Notes: generated by a model from the letters alone, not told the origin. Shown: positions 28,135 through 39,242, numbered from the stretch's first letter. The stretch: 64,000 nt of DNA from an uncultured Gammaproteobacteria bacterium (GCA_964596525.1 CAZQUL010000001.1:524830-588829); one strand, 5' to 3'. Program-made: numbers and translations.

Positions 28135-28974
28135 ATGCTCGACCTCTATAATCCCGACACGCTCACCAATCTCTGTCACACGTACAATCTCCGACCGTCC
28201 AAAAAGTACGGTCAAAATTATTTGCTGGATGAAGATGTAATTAAACGAGCCGTAGAAACGGCCGATATCAAGCCAACCGATACCGTCGTCGAAGTCGGCC
28301 CGGGATTTGGTGTCCTCACTCAAGCTTTGGCTGCCAAAGCAAAGCGCGTTGTCGCCTTTGAAATCGAACAACTTCTGCGACCTTACTGGGAGAAGAAAAC
28401 AAAAAGCTTGTCGAACGTTGAAATTATCTGGGGGAATGTTTTGCACCAGCACGCGGCTATGAATAGCCTCGCGCCCTACAAAGTTGTTGCTAATATTCCG
28501 TACCAAATCACCGCACCTCTTTTAACCCTCTTTCTTGAAGAGGTTACCGTGCCAGAAAAAATGGTCCTTATGGTGCAAAAAGAAGTAGCTGAGCGGCTTA
28601 CCGCGCCGGTTGGGGAATTATCAATCATCGCGGTAGCGGTGCAGCTCTTGGCTCGTGTCAGGCTTATTTCCGTTGTATCCAAAAGTTCGTTTTGGCCGAG
28701 CCCGGCTGTAGATTCCGCACTTATCGAACTTGTTCCGCGCCCCTACCCGCACTCGGTACCACTCCCGCAGGTTATGCGCACGGTCAAAGCAGGTTTTGCT
28801 GCGCGTCGTAAAGTGTTGCGCCATAATCTCTTGCAACTCTATAAAGATGCCGATGTTGGGCGTATCGAAGACTTTCTTATTACGCGCGGTCTAACACCGC
28901 TCGCACGCGCCCAGGAACTCGCTCCACCTGATTGGGTTGAACTCACTTCCATCTTGACAGATCCGTCTAAGTAG
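28135..28974 (+). CDS. rsmA: 16S rRNA m6,2A1518/1519 dimethyltransferase KsgA/RsmA
   Basis: KKYGQNYL, VVEVGPGFGVLT, VVANIPYQIT, MVQKEVAERL, F.P.PAVDSA. Confidence 0.97.
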   Translation: MLDLYNPDTLTNLCHTYNLRPSKKYGQNYLLDEDVIKRAVETADIKPTDTVVEVGPGFGVLTQALAAKAKRVVAFEIEQLLRPYWEKKTKSLSNVEIIWGNVLHQHAAMNSLAPYKVVANIPYQITAPLLTLFLEEVTVPEKMVLMVQKEVAERLTAPVGELSIIAVAVQLLARVRLISVVSKSSFWPSPAVDSALIELVPRPYPHSVPLPQVMRTVKAGFAARRKVLRHNLLQLYKDADVGRIEDFLITRGLTPLARAQELAPPDWVELTSILTDPSK

Positions 28975-29076
28975 CCTAGTCTAAAAAGCTTTCACAGATT
29001 CGGTTCGTACACAGCAGGCAGCGTCATGACGATTCAGGTGCGATGTGCTATACTACGGGTACCTTTATGAGAATCT

Positions 29077-29736
29077 ATGATTGACGATAATGGGTACGTT
29101 CTCACCGATCCGCCGCGCTGGGGAGGCGAGCGGAAAACCTTCGCTATCATCGTAGGAATTTTTGCGGTTTTGGGTATTTTGGTATGGGTGGTGCAATTGC
29201 GTAACACCATTACCGCTCCCTACGCGCTTAAAAGCGTCCCTCCCGCTTTCCTTAAAGAAGAACTGGTCGACAACAACATCGAATTTTTAAAAAATATCGA
29301 CACGACGGGCAACGGCCTCTCTGATTACGAAAAAGTGTATGTCTATGGAACGAGTCGGTATCTATACGATACGTACGGCTATGGCATCAGCGACCGCGAA
29401 GTAGTTGCCAAAGGGTTGCCGCTCTGCCCCGGAGCCGGCAAAAACTGCGGTGGTATCTTTTCCGCTGACGGCAGTTACACCGGTACGGTTGCCACTACCA
29501 CCCTCTATACTGAAGAAGATGCTGGCATGACGCAGAATCCGATCCTTAATTTCACCTCTCCCGACGCCTTGGAAGCGATTTTCTCCGACCCGACCCAGCT
29601 GCGCCAGCTCTTGGTGCAGTCTGGCCAGGTTACCGAGGCGGAGTTGAGGAGGATTTCGGATGCTGATTTAGTAAAAACCGCGCGCGATCTTTTGGCTACC
29701 TCCACCCCCGGAGCGGTAGTGCCAGGAGCTCGCTAA
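29077..29736 (+). CDS. Membrane-anchored hypothetical protein with degenerate Ca-binding DxDGDGLSDxxE-like repeat
   Basis: TM helix; DTTGNGLSDYEKVYVYGT and DTYGYGISDREV. Confidence 0.75.
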   Translation: MIDDNGYVLTDPPRWGGERKTFAIIVGIFAVLGILVWVVQLRNTITAPYALKSVPPAFLKEELVDNNIEFLKNIDTTGNGLSDYEKVYVYGTSRYLYDTYGYGISDREVVAKGLPLCPGAGKNCGGIFSADGSYTGTVATTTLYTEEDAGMTQNPILNFTSPDALEAIFSDPTQLRQLLVQSGQVTEAELRRISDADLVKTARDLLATSTPGAVVPGAR

Positions 29737-29763
29737 CGCTTGTCTCTCTTTAGAGTTTTGACT

Positions 29764-32700
29764 ATGCCCACCCCCCATGTGCGCACCATAAAGGCGGCGA
29801 TACTCGTCGCGATTTTCGGTTTTTCCACCTTGTTCGGTACGTTGGCCCTCACGTCGGCGGCGAACGCACAGCTTGCGGTCGGCGTTTTGGCCGATGCGCC
29901 TCGAACCGTCGATACGGTTCTCTCGAAAGTCTTGCAAGGTCTTAAGGTGGGGGTACTCAATGTCGTGAGTGGCGCGGTCAGCTATGCGCTCCAAAAAATC
30001 GCCTACGACTCCGCTGTCTGGATCGCTTCGGGTGGCAAGGGCCAGGCGCCTTTGGTCTATACTAAAGGTTTTAGCGGCTATTTATCCGATGTGGCAAACG
30101 ATGCCGTTGGGCACGGTATCGACCAGCTTACAGCCGCGACGGGTTATAACTTATGTAAAATTTCCGATCCCAACATCGATCTCAAGTTTCGGCAGGCATT
30201 GCGTTTGGGTATCGGTATCACAGCGCCTCGGGCTCCGGGTAAACCGAGCTGTACTCTTACTGAATTCGCCCAGAACAACTTGAGCGGCGATGCGTGGCGC
30301 AGCCGTTACGATCGTGTTTCCAAATCCATCCAAAACCAATTCAACGAAGCGCTTACTTTTGATGTGAGCCAGAGCGACTTGGGTATTCAGCTCACGGCTC
30401 TTGATGCGCTCAGTGCTGCCATGGCCAGTGCTAAGGAAAATGCCACTAAAGATCGTCAGGAAGGGGATGGCATCAAGTCGCTCGACACGCCTATTTCTGG
30501 TGACAAGAAAGTCCCGGCCAAGTCGATCGGCGCCGAACTCGAAGGTCTTACTAGCAAAGAACGCACTCAGCAGAGTGTTGCTCAGATCAACACCGCTATC
30601 GGTACTGGTGAATTCCAGCTCCTCCCGGGCGCTCTCTCTACTTTCTTCCTCAATACTCTCGCGGGCACGATGCTCAAAAACTTCCGCGAAAAAGGTATTT
30701 TGCCCTTTGGCGCCTGTGTTGGTGGTTTGGGAGGTGAAGTATGTCAGTCTGGCAGCGGTACGGCAACGAGTTTTGAGGCACTTACCCAGGTAGGCGGTCG
30801 CCGTGCGGCCGAGGCACTCTTTAGCGATTTCATTACCGCTCGTCCCGCCGCGGTCGATCAGTTTAATATTTTAGGCGAATTAAGCAACTGTCCGGATACT
30901 CCTGGCACCTATAACTGTCGTTTGGATACCGGTTTCGCCCAGGCGCTGCAAGAAGCTTCCAACGGCACCCCGCTCACCATCCAGGATGCCATTACCCGTG
31001 GCTTTTTGCGGGGCGATTGGAAACTTTTGCCGCCATCGCGTATTGCCGAAAACGCCAATAAAACCTGTGCTCAAAACGCTTTCTGCAACAGCAACGTTAA
31101 AGCACTCCGCCAATTACGGGTCGTGCCGCTTGGTTTTGAGGTGGCAACTGAACTTAGCGACCCAGACAAACCCTGGACGCTTAACGAAGTCGTTGCTGGC
31201 TTTAATGACTGTAACTACAATCGTGACGCTTCCGGGAACGTCGTCGGTGTAACGTACGATCCAGTCAACAAACCGTTCTGCCATCTCATCGATCCTACCT
31301 GGGTGCTTAAGGCGCCTATTACCCGCTGTAATGCTTTGGGGTACGGTTCTACCCTTCTTAACCCTGATGTTCCGGACCGCAAAGAAGAATGTGCAGACCT
31401 CGCTACCTGCGTGGCGTATAACAAAGATGGCGCCTGCGTGAACTACGGCTACTGCACCCGTGAGCGCAACACTTGGAAATTTGACGCCGACAAATGTGAT
31501 GCGCAGTTCCGCACCTGTCAGACCTTTACCGATTCCGCTGGTGCCCAGAAATCCTACGTTTACCGCAGTCTTAATACGGCATTTTGTGCTCAGAATACCG
31601 TTGGTTGCCGGGCCTACTCTCTTACCCAGGATGCCAATGGAAACTGGCTTAACCCGAATGGCCCCACGTCATACGGCACGCAAACCGGTATCTTCTTTAA
31701 TGGCACTGTTTCCAATTCCTGCAGTGCGGGATCGGCTGGTTGTTCCGCTTTCCGCGTAGCCGCTAACGCCGATGTGAGCCTCTATTTGCGCAAAGCTCCG
31801 AGCTATCTCGGCTGTTACGATGCCAATCCGGCCACACCGCAGACCGAATGGCCATCCACCGCCGCCGATTTGACGCGCGTGCGTCCGCAGGCTGCTTGCG
31901 CTCAGTATGCCCAAGCCTGTATTGCCGACGAAGTCGGTTGTACCTACTACTCGCCCGCAACCGGTGATACTTCTAAGAAAATTCCTGCCCGCTTCTCGTC
32001 GCGCGATGTCTGTAACGCCGCCTGTGTGGGTTATGACGCCTATCGTGAAATGCCTTCGAGCTACACGACGGGTCAGGATGTGGCTTACATCGTTCCGTCT
32101 TCCGGTCAGATGTGTCAGCCGGAAGCGCAAGGTTGCACCGGCTTTACCAATCTTGGCACCACGGCTGCCGGTCTCGAAAAAGTCGACTACTTCTCGTATC
32201 TGCGTCCGTGCAGCCTGCCAGATGCTCAAAAACAAAAGAACTTTTCTACCTACGAAAGCACGGTTAGCGGTTTCCAACTCAAGACCTTTACTCTTATCAG
32301 TGATCAAACCGGTGCTCCGGCGTATTTCTACCGCACCATCGATGAACGTGCCCAGTTTGAAGCGACCTGTAATCAGGCTACGTACAAAGCCGGCATTGCC
32401 AGCTTGGATTGCCGCGAGTTCAATGATGAAGCAGGTAATGTCTACTACCGCCTGCTCTCCAAAACCATTCCGGTCTCCGAATCATGTACTCCGTACCGCT
32501 TGAGCGAAACCGCCTTGTACCCCACCGCGTTATCGGAAACCGAGTGTACTGCCCGGAAAGGTTCGTTTGCCAACGGCCAGTGCAATCTCTGTCTCATGGG
32601 CGGTGAATTCCGCAACGGTTCATGTTTCTACTTCGGTTTGCCTGGCGGCGTACCGAGCACTGCTGGTGAAAGCATCACCTGTTCGCAGGCCGATAATTCA

Positions 32701-35700
32701 TGCCGCGCATATAAAGGCAATGCTGGCAACAACATCCGCAACATTTTCGTCGACACCTTCGAGAATCAGGGTACGGCTACCCAGTGGCTCGGCACCGGTA
32801 TCAGCACATCGCCCGAATCCGTCCGCACCGGTGGAAAATCGCTTACTTCGCTTGGCACAGAAATTGTCCGTCCGTTCACTATGACGCCGGGTCAGAGTTA
32901 TGAAATCGAATTCTGGGCCAAAGGCGCTCCGCAGAGCGTAGAAGTGTCCCTGCAGTCCTTCGACGGTTCGGTGGTTCGCTCGTTCGGTTCAGTGAGCGTT
33001 GGCGATACCTGGCGCTCGTTCCGCCTCGGTTCCATCGAAGCTCCGGGTTCGGCTACCAACTCCGCACGTATCGTCTTCAAACTCGCTTCCACTGCAGCCT
33101 TCTTCGTCGACAATATCACGCTGCGTGAAACGACCGAGATGGTATACGTCCTCAAAGATACGCTGCGTGTCGATCCAGTATGTGACAGCAACCAAACCGA
33201 TAACTTGCCCGGTGAAGGTTTGGGGTGCCGCGCTTACCGCGATACCGCGGGCAACACCCTTAACCTTACCGGATTCAGCTATCTCTGCCGCGAAGGCGCT
33301 ATTGGCTGTACGGCGCTTCTCGATACCCAGAATTCATCCCCGCAATCTCCCGGTCCGCACATCTATAACCTCTTTGTCACGGGCCAAGGCGGAACCGAGG
33401 CCACAGTGACGGTGGCAGGTCAGAGCGCGCGTTGCCAGATCCCGGTTGGTGAAAATGGTTGTTACGTTACTATTTCTGGTCCCACTCTCGATGAGGTGCG
33501 CCAAGCTGCCCCAGCTACCATCGTTTCTTCTACGGTGTACGTTCCAGCTACTACCATCGCGGCTCAGCCGGTATATTTGGTGGCGAATCAGGCGGCCACC
33601 TGTAACGCCGTCGATCTTGGTTGTACGTATGCTGGTCTCCAGACCCCGTCTCCTGCTGGTGCTACCTATTCCACGGTGCTTATCAAGAATGACCCGTCCG
33701 CCTATGCTCAGAATCTCTGCCAAGCTCAGGCCGTAGGTTGCCAGGCCTACAACAGCGCTACGGGCCCAACCTACTTCAAAGACCCGGCCCTTACCGGCAA
33801 CAAAGTTTGTTCCTATCGTACGGGTGTCTTAGTTAATGGCATCAAGACCAGCGGTTGGTTCTGGAAAGATGTCGGTGTCTGCAGCAATGACCGCACTAAA
33901 GCCTGTACCCAGAGCACCGATTGTTCGAGTGGTGCCACCTGTACGGATATCGGCAACCGCCCCTGTTACCCGAGTTACCAGGTTGATGGAACGACCTATG
34001 GATTGTGGTCCTTCGGCGATCGCGCTAATTATCAAGATTTCGTCGGTGAATGTCCGGTGCAGCAGAATGGCTGCAGCGAATTCATTGACCGTGCCGACAA
34101 CAATCGTGCCTATTATCTCATCAAAAATGAACGCCTTGGTCCGGGCACCTGTGACGGCAAAGTCAGTCAAAAAGAAGGCTGTGCCCTCTTCGATGATACT
34201 TCTAACCCCAACAAATTCTACGTGTCCCGCGATACATATGCACAGAGTAATAGCCAGCAGTCGCGGTTAGTAGAGCCGGTACTCAGTTCCAACTCCCTCC
34301 CCGGCGACACCAACGTCATCTTTAAGGTAACCCGTGATCGCGAATGCGGCGAATGGCTCCAGTGCCGCTCTTCGCACCGTGTTTGGGATGAAAAGAACGC
34401 TCGCTGGAAGACGGTTTGTGATGCTGTTGGACGGTGTAACCGCGCCCCCGAAACCCCCGAAGAAGACAATATTTCCAACTGCGCGAGCTGGGTAGAAGAA
34501 GATCTGGCCGCCCCGGCTGCCCCGCTCACGCCGTCGCAGTACGTCGCTCGTGATACGAGCTGGACTGGTCAGGAATTCTCTGGTTACTCCCTCCTTAACC
34601 AGTATCCGGTCGAGTATCTTTCCCAGGTTAATATTTCGCGTTCCGAATCCGCACCGGACTGGCGTTTGGTCCGTCAGATTCCTTGTGGCGATACCAACTG
34701 TGCGGCCGGCGTTTCGCCGAATGATACGCTCTGCGCCTCTTCGGGTACGGCCTGTGGTTTGCGCGGCGTCGGTATCTGTCTCAATGGTTTCTGCGTACAG
34801 AATTTGGACGGCACGGCTAAGGACATAGCCAAAAACGCGCCTACCCAGATCTGCCGCGCCTACCCAGAAAAAGATTCACCGTTCCCGCGTACGCCGTTCA
34901 TCGATCGGGCTCGCCGTCAGTTTGCGGCGGCAACGCTGTGTGATGAAATTGGTTCGCCATCAAGCGATCCTAAGAAAGTCCAAGCCTGCGAATGTGATTA
35001 CACCAAGATCAAATACGGCGACATCTATACCAAGTACTTCAGTTACGCTAAGCCGCATACTACCGAAGAAGTTATCAAAGGCTCGCCAGGCGTTGAACCG
35101 CAAGGCATCTGTTTGGGTGGTACTCAAGATGGCAAAGCCTGCCGCACCGACAATGAGTGTTTCAAGACCAAAGCCAACTCGAGCGAGCCGGCTACGGATC
35201 CGTACGGCAATGTAATTACGGATGGCACCTGCCAGAAATCAAAGTTTACTTACAAGCTCCTTGGCTGGCGCGGTTTCTGCTTGGAACCAGATCTCTCGCG
35301 TACTATCAACGGCGATCCGAATTCGCATCCGTGTCTTACGTGGTACCCGGTTGATTACCTCACCGGCACCCAAGACATTAATAATCAGTACGTCGAAGCC
35401 GGCTACCAGCCGCCCGGTAAAACCGGTGGTTTAGGCGGTATCTTCTACTGCGCGGTTGGTAATGCGGGTGGCGGCGCCGAATACGCGGCTTCGTTCCAGT
35501 ACCCCCAGAGCCATAAATTAGTGGTCCGTCCGCGTGACACTAATCCACTTGTCAGCGACACCGCTGATCGTTCCCAAGGAGGTAACGATCAATTCGTGCG
35601 TAACCGTAGATCGGCCACTCCCGAAGAAGCTGCTTTTAGCCGCCAAGATATTGAACGTATCGACTTCGAGCTTGTTAGTGGTGATAAAGAAGATCCGCGT

Positions 35701-37788
35701 GGTGGGGCCAAATTTAGCATCTGGCCGAATGATGATAAGACCCCGGCCGGTCAGCCGCAGTCATTTTACAAGACGAAAAATGAAAAACGCGGTCCTGGTG
35801 TTGCGGTTACCGGTAGATATCTTGGTAAAGAAAGAGAATGGGTCATGATGTACGGCAGTGCGGTAACCGATAACGCTCAGGATGGAACCTATGTCGATAA
35901 ATTAGGTAATGTCTGCTATCCTCATGCTGACTATGGTGACGTGGTAGGAAGCTGGAATTCAAATAGCGGTCAATGCCAAGATCTTAATGGCAATATCTTC
36001 CAAGGCCTTAATTCTCGTAAAGGTGGACTCGAAGTCGAAGATCGATTTACCTGTTCTAGTAACTGCCGATTGAAAGATGGCCAAGGTTTCAGCGCTCAAG
36101 ATGGGTCTGCCTTAACGATGAGTTCTGAAGGTATCTGGGATTATAATTTCACTGCCGATCAGATCTGCCGTTCGTACGGCCCTCGTTATAGTAGTACTGA
36201 TTGGCAAGGTAACTGGCATGCACTACGTGTTCGCTTCAATGCCCAAGACAAGTTTGCCGGTTACGATATGGCCTACTGCGACCAATCGCCGGATGGAGGT
36301 TCTGTAAAATACGAAGTCACCTTCATCCTTAAGCAGTGGTGTTCGGTCATTGCGGACGTCGGCTCTACCCCAACTCTCCCTGAAACCGATCCGGCTGCCT
36401 GGACCAACCGTTTGTGGGCCAACAATCCGCGCGGTTACTCGGTGGCGGTTGCTGCAAGTGTTGGTATGGTTGCGGGTGTTGATGCTGCTACTGTGACCAT
36501 GGTTAACCTGGGTTATACCTATGGCACCGATGTTAAACCTTTTGGCAGCTTGGGCATGAATAACTTCGGTAATGTCAAAAATACAGTCAACCTTTCGGCA
36601 TTCAATCCAATCATGACGAGCTGTAGCAATAGCGGTATCGAAAGCTGTGAACGCTCCAAAGGTCTTGTGCCGGATGGTGGCAAAACACCTGAATTCCAAG
36701 AAAGCGTAGCCGGTGCTCCATATTCCTGTCCGGATGGCACGTGTATCAGGAGCCTTGATGATGCCAATAAAACCGAAGAGCGCAGCAACGCTTCGCTCCT
36801 CACGCGCGAAATGGGCGCCCAACTGTTCTCCATGCTCTTCGCCCGTCCGCGCGCGATCTACCAGTTCGGTAATGGTTCGTACTTGCGCGTCGAAAACGCC
36901 CCGTCCAATATCTTCACCCGCGATTACACCGAAAACATTAACGTTAGTGCAACAGGTGTTCCCAAACCGCCGATAGTGCTCCCGGTTGGCGCCTGTGATA
37001 GCAGCGGTCATTGTGTGGAAGGCTTGGGTGGAACTGGTATCAGCGTGAATGATCGCGACGGGGGAGATGTGCGCATCTTCACCCCGACGGCCCGCGTGTT
37101 CGTCCGCTTCTTCGCCTTCGCGGATGCGAACCAAATGCCGCTACGCCAGCTCTCGGTAAACTGGGGCGATGGACGCGTCTATCCGCTTAAAGGTCTCTTC
37201 CGCAACTTCCGCGGTTACCGCCCGGCTACGTGTAATACCCAGCTTCGCCAATGCGAAATGGAAGTGATGGATGATCTCAGTTCATGCAGTACGGATGGGG
37301 AATGCGGCGGTCGCGGTCGCTGCGTCGTGCAGGCTCCTGGTTCTTCGGTCGGTAAATGCGTGGTTAAACGCACTGCAGGCGCTTGCGCCTCGGATGAAGA
37401 ATGTGACCAGACGTCCATGTGTACCGATGTCGCGAATAGTCCGCAGACGTTCGGTACCATCGCTGGCCAGACCTGTGACAGCAACTACGCACAGTTCGAA
37501 CATGTCTATCAGTGTACGCGCACTCCTGTTAGCCAAGGTGGCAACTTTGAACCGGATCCGGCCAAATGCGGCGATCCGCGCTCCTTCCCGACCGGCTGCT
37601 GTATCTTCGTGCCGAAAGTTCAGGTGAAAGATAACTGGGGCTGGTGCAATGGCCGCTGCGCGGGAGGCGTCGGTGGTGACGGATGTTACACTAAGGTTGG
37701 CGGTTTAGATGAATGTACTTCGAACCCGTCTGCCTGGACATCGTATGGAGGGCGCATCATCGTCGCTCCTCCCACGGTGCGCCGTTAA
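29764..37788 (+). CDS. Giant (~2670 aa) cysteine-rich secreted/surface protein with a CBM4/9-like domain
   Basis: Uninterrupted 8-kb ORF; signal peptide ending ANA; many Cys and CxxDxxC motifs; FE...W...PGQSYEIEFWAKG...FVDNITL segment (~32740-33135). Confidence 0.9.
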   Translation: MPTPHVRTIKAAILVAIFGFSTLFGTLALTSAANAQLAVGVLADAPRTVDTVLSKVLQGLKVGVLNVVSGAVSYALQKIAYDSAVWIASGGKGQAPLVYTKGFSGYLSDVANDAVGHGIDQLTAATGYNLCKISDPNIDLKFRQALRLGIGITAPRAPGKPSCTLTEFAQNNLSGDAWRSRYDRVSKSIQNQFNEALTFDVSQSDLGIQLTALDALSAAMASAKENATKDRQEGDGIKSLDTPISGDKKVPAKSIGAELEGLTSKERTQQSVAQINTAIGTGEFQLLPGALSTFFLNTLAGTMLKNFREKGILPFGACVGGLGGEVCQSGSGTATSFEALTQVGGRRAAEALFSDFITARPAAVDQFNILGELSNCPDTPGTYNCRLDTGFAQALQEASNGTPLTIQDAITRGFLRGDWKLLPPSRIAENANKTCAQNAFCNSNVKALRQLRVVPLGFEVATELSDPDKPWTLNEVVAGFNDCNYNRDASGNVVGVTYDPVNKPFCHLIDPTWVLKAPITRCNALGYGSTLLNPDVPDRKEECADLATCVAYNKDGACVNYGYCTRERNTWKFDADKCDAQFRTCQTFTDSAGAQKSYVYRSLNTAFCAQNTVGCRAYSLTQDANGNWLNPNGPTSYGTQTGIFFNGTVSNSCSAGSAGCSAFRVAANADVSLYLRKAPSYLGCYDANPATPQTEWPSTAADLTRVRPQAACAQYAQACIADEVGCTYYSPATGDTSKKIPARFSSRDVCNAACVGYDAYREMPSSYTTGQDVAYIVPSSGQMCQPEAQGCTGFTNLGTTAAGLEKVDYFSYLRPCSLPDAQKQKNFSTYESTVSGFQLKTFTLISDQTGAPAYFYRTIDERAQFEATCNQATYKAGIASLDCREFNDEAGNVYYRLLSKTIPVSESCTPYRLSETALYPTALSETECTARKGSFANGQCNLCLMGGEFRNGSCFYFGLPGGVPSTAGESITCSQADNSCRAYKGNAGNNIRNIFVDTFENQGTATQWLGTGISTSPESVRTGGKSLTSLGTEIVRPFTMTPGQSYEIEFWAKGAPQSVEVSLQSFDGSVVRSFGSVSVGDTWRSFRLGSIEAPGSATNSARIVFKLASTAAFFVDNITLRETTEMVYVLKDTLRVDPVCDSNQTDNLPGEGLGCRAYRDTAGNTLNLTGFSYLCREGAIGCTALLDTQNSSPQSPGPHIYNLFVTGQGGTEATVTVAGQSARCQIPVGENGCYVTISGPTLDEVRQAAPATIVSSTVYVPATTIAAQPVYLVANQAATCNAVDLGCTYAGLQTPSPAGATYSTVLIKNDPSAYAQNLCQAQAVGCQAYNSATGPTYFKDPALTGNKVCSYRTGVLVNGIKTSGWFWKDVGVCSNDRTKACTQSTDCSSGATCTDIGNRPCYPSYQVDGTTYGLWSFGDRANYQDFVGECPVQQNGCSEFIDRADNNRAYYLIKNERLGPGTCDGKVSQKEGCALFDDTSNPNKFYVSRDTYAQSNSQQSRLVEPVLSSNSLPGDTNVIFKVTRDRECGEWLQCRSSHRVWDEKNARWKTVCDAVGRCNRAPETPEEDNISNCASWVEEDLAAPAAPLTPSQYVARDTSWTGQEFSGYSLLNQYPVEYLSQVNISRSESAPDWRLVRQIPCGDTNCAAGVSPNDTLCASSGTACGLRGVGICLNGFCVQNLDGTAKDIAKNAPTQICRAYPEKDSPFPRTPFIDRARRQFAAATLCDEIGSPSSDPKKVQACECDYTKIKYGDIYTKYFSYAKPHTTEEVIKGSPGVEPQGICLGGTQDGKACRTDNECFKTKANSSEPATDPYGNVITDGTCQKSKFTYKLLGWRGFCLEPDLSRTINGDPNSHPCLTWYPVDYLTGTQDINNQYVEAGYQPPGKTGGLGGIFYCAVGNAGGGAEYAASFQYPQSHKLVVRPRDTNPLVSDTADRSQGGNDQFVRNRRSATPEEAAFSRQDIERIDFELVSGDKEDPRGGAKFSIWPNDDKTPAGQPQSFYKTKNEKRGPGVAVTGRYLGKEREWVMMYGSAVTDNAQDGTYVDKLGNVCYPHADYGDVVGSWNSNSGQCQDLNGNIFQGLNSRKGGLEVEDRFTCSSNCRLKDGQGFSAQDGSALTMSSEGIWDYNFTADQICRSYGPRYSSTDWQGNWHALRVRFNAQDKFAGYDMAYCDQSPDGGSVKYEVTFILKQWCSVIADVGSTPTLPETDPAAWTNRLWANNPRGYSVAVAASVGMVAGVDAATVTMVNLGYTYGTDVKPFGSLGMNNFGNVKNTVNLSAFNPIMTSCSNSGIESCERSKGLVPDGGKTPEFQESVAGAPYSCPDGTCIRSLDDANKTEERSNASLLTREMGAQLFSMLFARPRAIYQFGNGSYLRVENAPSNIFTRDYTENINVSATGVPKPPIVLPVGACDSSGHCVEGLGGTGISVNDRDGGDVRIFTPTARVFVRFFAFADANQMPLRQLSVNWGDGRVYPLKGLFRNFRGYRPATCNTQLRQCEMEVMDDLSSCSTDGECGGRGRCVVQAPGSSVGKCVVKRTAGACASDEECDQTSMCTDVANSPQTFGTIAGQTCDSNYAQFEHVYQCTRTPVSQGGNFEPDPAKCGDPRSFPTGCCIFVPKVQVKDNWGWCNGRCAGGVGGDGCYTKVGGLDECTSNPSAWTSYGGRIIVAPPTVRR

Positions 37789-37801
37789 TCAGCAAAAAAC
37801 T

Positions 37802-37832
37802 AAAAACCACTCCAATAATCGGAGTGGTTTTT
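37802..37832. terminator. Bidirectional terminator
   Basis: AAAAACCACTCC-AATAATC-GGAGTGGTTTTT. Confidence 0.8.
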
Positions 37833-37937
37833 AGTTGGCTTAGTCGGTGTGGTTGTCAGTAAAAATTTTTTTAAAACGTAAAACCGCCGTCACAGGGTGA
37901 GCCATGACGGCGGATTTGTTAGGGGGCATGCCGTTGC

Positions 37938-38480
37938 TTACGGAACGATCGAGCATGTCCAGTCCGTGTAGTACTGGGGGTCCGGCCCAGGGCAGGTGAA
38001 CGACTTGATCCGCTTGAGCGGCAGAATCGGGCACTTGCCGAAAATGAACGCCCGCGATACGGTCGGGTCGTTCTTGGGCCGGCTGAAGTACTGCATCACA
38101 CACGGGTCAGCCGGATCACTCCGGAACTCGCCGTCGCTGAACGAAACGGTCGTGCCGGTGAGCTCCTTGTAGGAGCAGGTGTAGACCAGCTTCGAATCAA
38201 CCTGGCTCGCATCGCACTTCGGCGGTGGCGGAACCGCCTGGCACGAAGCCAGATCGGACTCGCACTGGAGAACCTTCTCCTGCATCTCGTCGAGCATCTT
38301 CTGCACGACGCTGCCACCGGACGGCTTCCCCGAGTTCGTGGACTGACCCGAGCAGATCGCCGAAACTTCAGCGAACTTGGCCTCGTACCAGCCAGAGTGG
38401 GGCGGGGGAGACCCGCAACCGGCCACAAGAGCAATCGCTCCCAGGCCAACCTTGAACAAGGCGTTGGACAGGCGCTTCAT
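37938..38480 (-). CDS. Cys-rich hypothetical lipoprotein (high GC)
   Basis: SD AAAGGAGG before ATG 38480; MKRLSNALFKVGLGAIALVAG-C lipobox. Confidence 0.75.
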   Translation of the reverse strand: MKRLSNALFKVGLGAIALVAGCGSPPPHSGWYEAKFAEVSAICSGQSTNSGKPSGGSVVQKMLDEMQEKVLQCESDLASCQAVPPPPKCDASQVDSKLVYTCSYKELTGTTVSFSDGEFRSDPADPCVMQYFSRPKNDPTVSRAFIFGKCPILPLKRIKSFTCPGPDPQYYTDWTCSIVP

Positions 38481-38936
38481 GGTGCGCCTCCTTTCTTGTC
38501 GAGCCTGCGCTCGGCTAAGACTATACTCCAAGGCTAGACGATACCCTCGTCCTGGGGGCGGGTTATCACGTATTCTTCCCGCGCTTAGGAAACAACACTC
38601 GACACTTCGAGGGTTGGCGCCCAGCACCGGATTACAATTAAACAAAAACAATCTAGGGTTGCCAGATTGTCCGTTGGTTGTAACGAGCAGCCGTTGCAGC
38701 GCTTCGTTTACCAGTTCAGTTGTTAAGGCACTCTTCCATACCACGTTAGAAAGTGCAAGAAAATCTGTGTATAAGTTATTTTATAGTGTTCTTGTGAGGA
38801 TGTGCTTCTGCAGGGATAAAGCACTTAATGGGTAATTTAAGAAAGGATGTAACCATGGTTGTTTATTATTGACAAATTCTCTGTTTTGTGATATAGTTTA
38901 TTGTTAACTAAACGCTCATTTTAGAGGAGAAAACAC

Positions 38937-39242
38937 ATGGGAAACGTCGATTGGTTCCGCGTGCTGGCGGTTGCCGGCATCTTCGCTGTCGCCTATTTCC
39001 TTGCCCTGCACCCCCACGTCCGCCAGTGGCGCGAGGGTGTGCTGGCAGCAAAAGCGGCGCGCAAGAGAGAGTTGAGGGAGTACTACGGCGCCCCGCCGCC
39101 CAAGCCGCCGGGTAATGATGATATCAGCGGTTCACTCATGCTGCTTCTGAGCAGCGCGCTCCTGTCGCTGATTCTTTTCCCTCTTGCTTGCTGCCTACTG
39201 GTGGCGATCTTTCTTCTCCAAGTGCTCCTGCCGCTCTTCTAG
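38937..39242 (+). CDS. Small membrane protein
   Basis: SD GAGGAG; TTGACA...TATAGT promoter; two hydrophobic segments. Confidence 0.65.
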   Translation: MGNVDWFRVLAVAGIFAVAYFLALHPHVRQWREGVLAAKAARKRELREYYGAPPPKPPGNDDISGSLMLLLSSALLSLILFPLACCLLVAIFLLQVLLPLF

